Below are positions 63,461 to 64,000 of a stretch of 64,000 nt of DNA, piece after piece. The stretch lies in assembly GCF_004010195.1 (NCBI RefSeq), contig NC_057719.1:93948659-94012658 (forward strand), in the 5' to 3' direction. Each line of letters starts with the position of its first letter. Within the stretch, counting starts at the first letter, position 1. Under the pieces are notes generated by a model. The model had not been told where the DNA came from. It saw only the letters and a list, made by a program, of their open reading frames with translations, and made no database searches. This DNA is from Chiloscyllium plagiosum (Eukaryota). Position numbers and translations under genes: made by a program.

Positions 63461-64000
63461 ATATGTATAGTAACTGCCTCCCCATTCCAAAAACCTCTTA
63501 TTTTTAAGACTTTTGTTTCGGTCTTTTCCTTAACAAAATCACAATGCGTGATATCATGGTCACTGGTCCTGTAATTCTCTCCCAATCCTGCCTGCAAATA
63601 CCACATTGGGTACCAGCACTGAACCGCCCATTGTTGTATCTTCTACATGTTAATAAAAAAAGCTCTCTTGAATAGATTCCAAGGCATCATTCCCCCCTTA
63701 AACTGTTATCACTGATCTAATGAAGGTTTGAAATTGAAATGTCTGAATATAATGATATTGTTTTTACACACCTCAATAAACTGGTTATATATCTGCTAAC
63801 ATATCTTATTTCATTTGGTGGTCTATAATATATCCACAGCAGGGTGTCTGGCATTGTTTTGATCCTATGCTCTATCCTCAAAACGACACTTGAAGATCCT
63901 TCCAAAATATCACCCGCCTTATTAATAATGCAACACCACCTCCTCTTTTATCCAGCCCCCCCTCCCCCGTGCTGCCTATAATTCTTATATCACAGGATTG
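63460..64000 (-). mobile_element. Decayed CR1 APE fragment
   Basis: GGGVALL, LWIYYRPPN and LGENYRTSDHDI. Confidence 0.7.

Overview
Eukaryotic, repeat-rich DNA from a cartilaginous fish. The shark assignment is inferred from the IgM exon sequences and the HE1-type SINE, CR1 and Penelope-like repeat content. Main contents: (1) A minus-strand IgM heavy-chain constant region (CH1 58478-58781, CH2 55095-55401, CH3 52710-53007, CH4+secretory tail 51861-52252, TM1 49319-49446, probable TM2 from 49179). It is a pseudogene, with frameshifts in CH1/CH2/CH3, stops in CH1/CH3/TM1 and loss of the tailpiece cysteine. No V, D or J segment is visible in the window. (2) A ~19-kb tandem array of a ~42-bp monomer (19851-39062). 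The monomer is the 14-codon GCVLSPLLYSLYTH segment of a Rex1/Babar-type LINE reverse transcriptase, and the array runs in frame out of its parent element. (3) The first coding exon of a GPR139/142-like GPCR on the plus strand, convergent with the Ig gene. (4) A ~3.5-kb segmental duplication (5705-9225 vs 59440-63460). (5) Many decayed CR1 LINEs, Penelope-like elements with hammerhead-like motifs, and SINEs. Three assembly gaps (9519-10264, 24541-24604, 47678-48177) limit long-range conclusions. Mobile-element boundaries are approximate.
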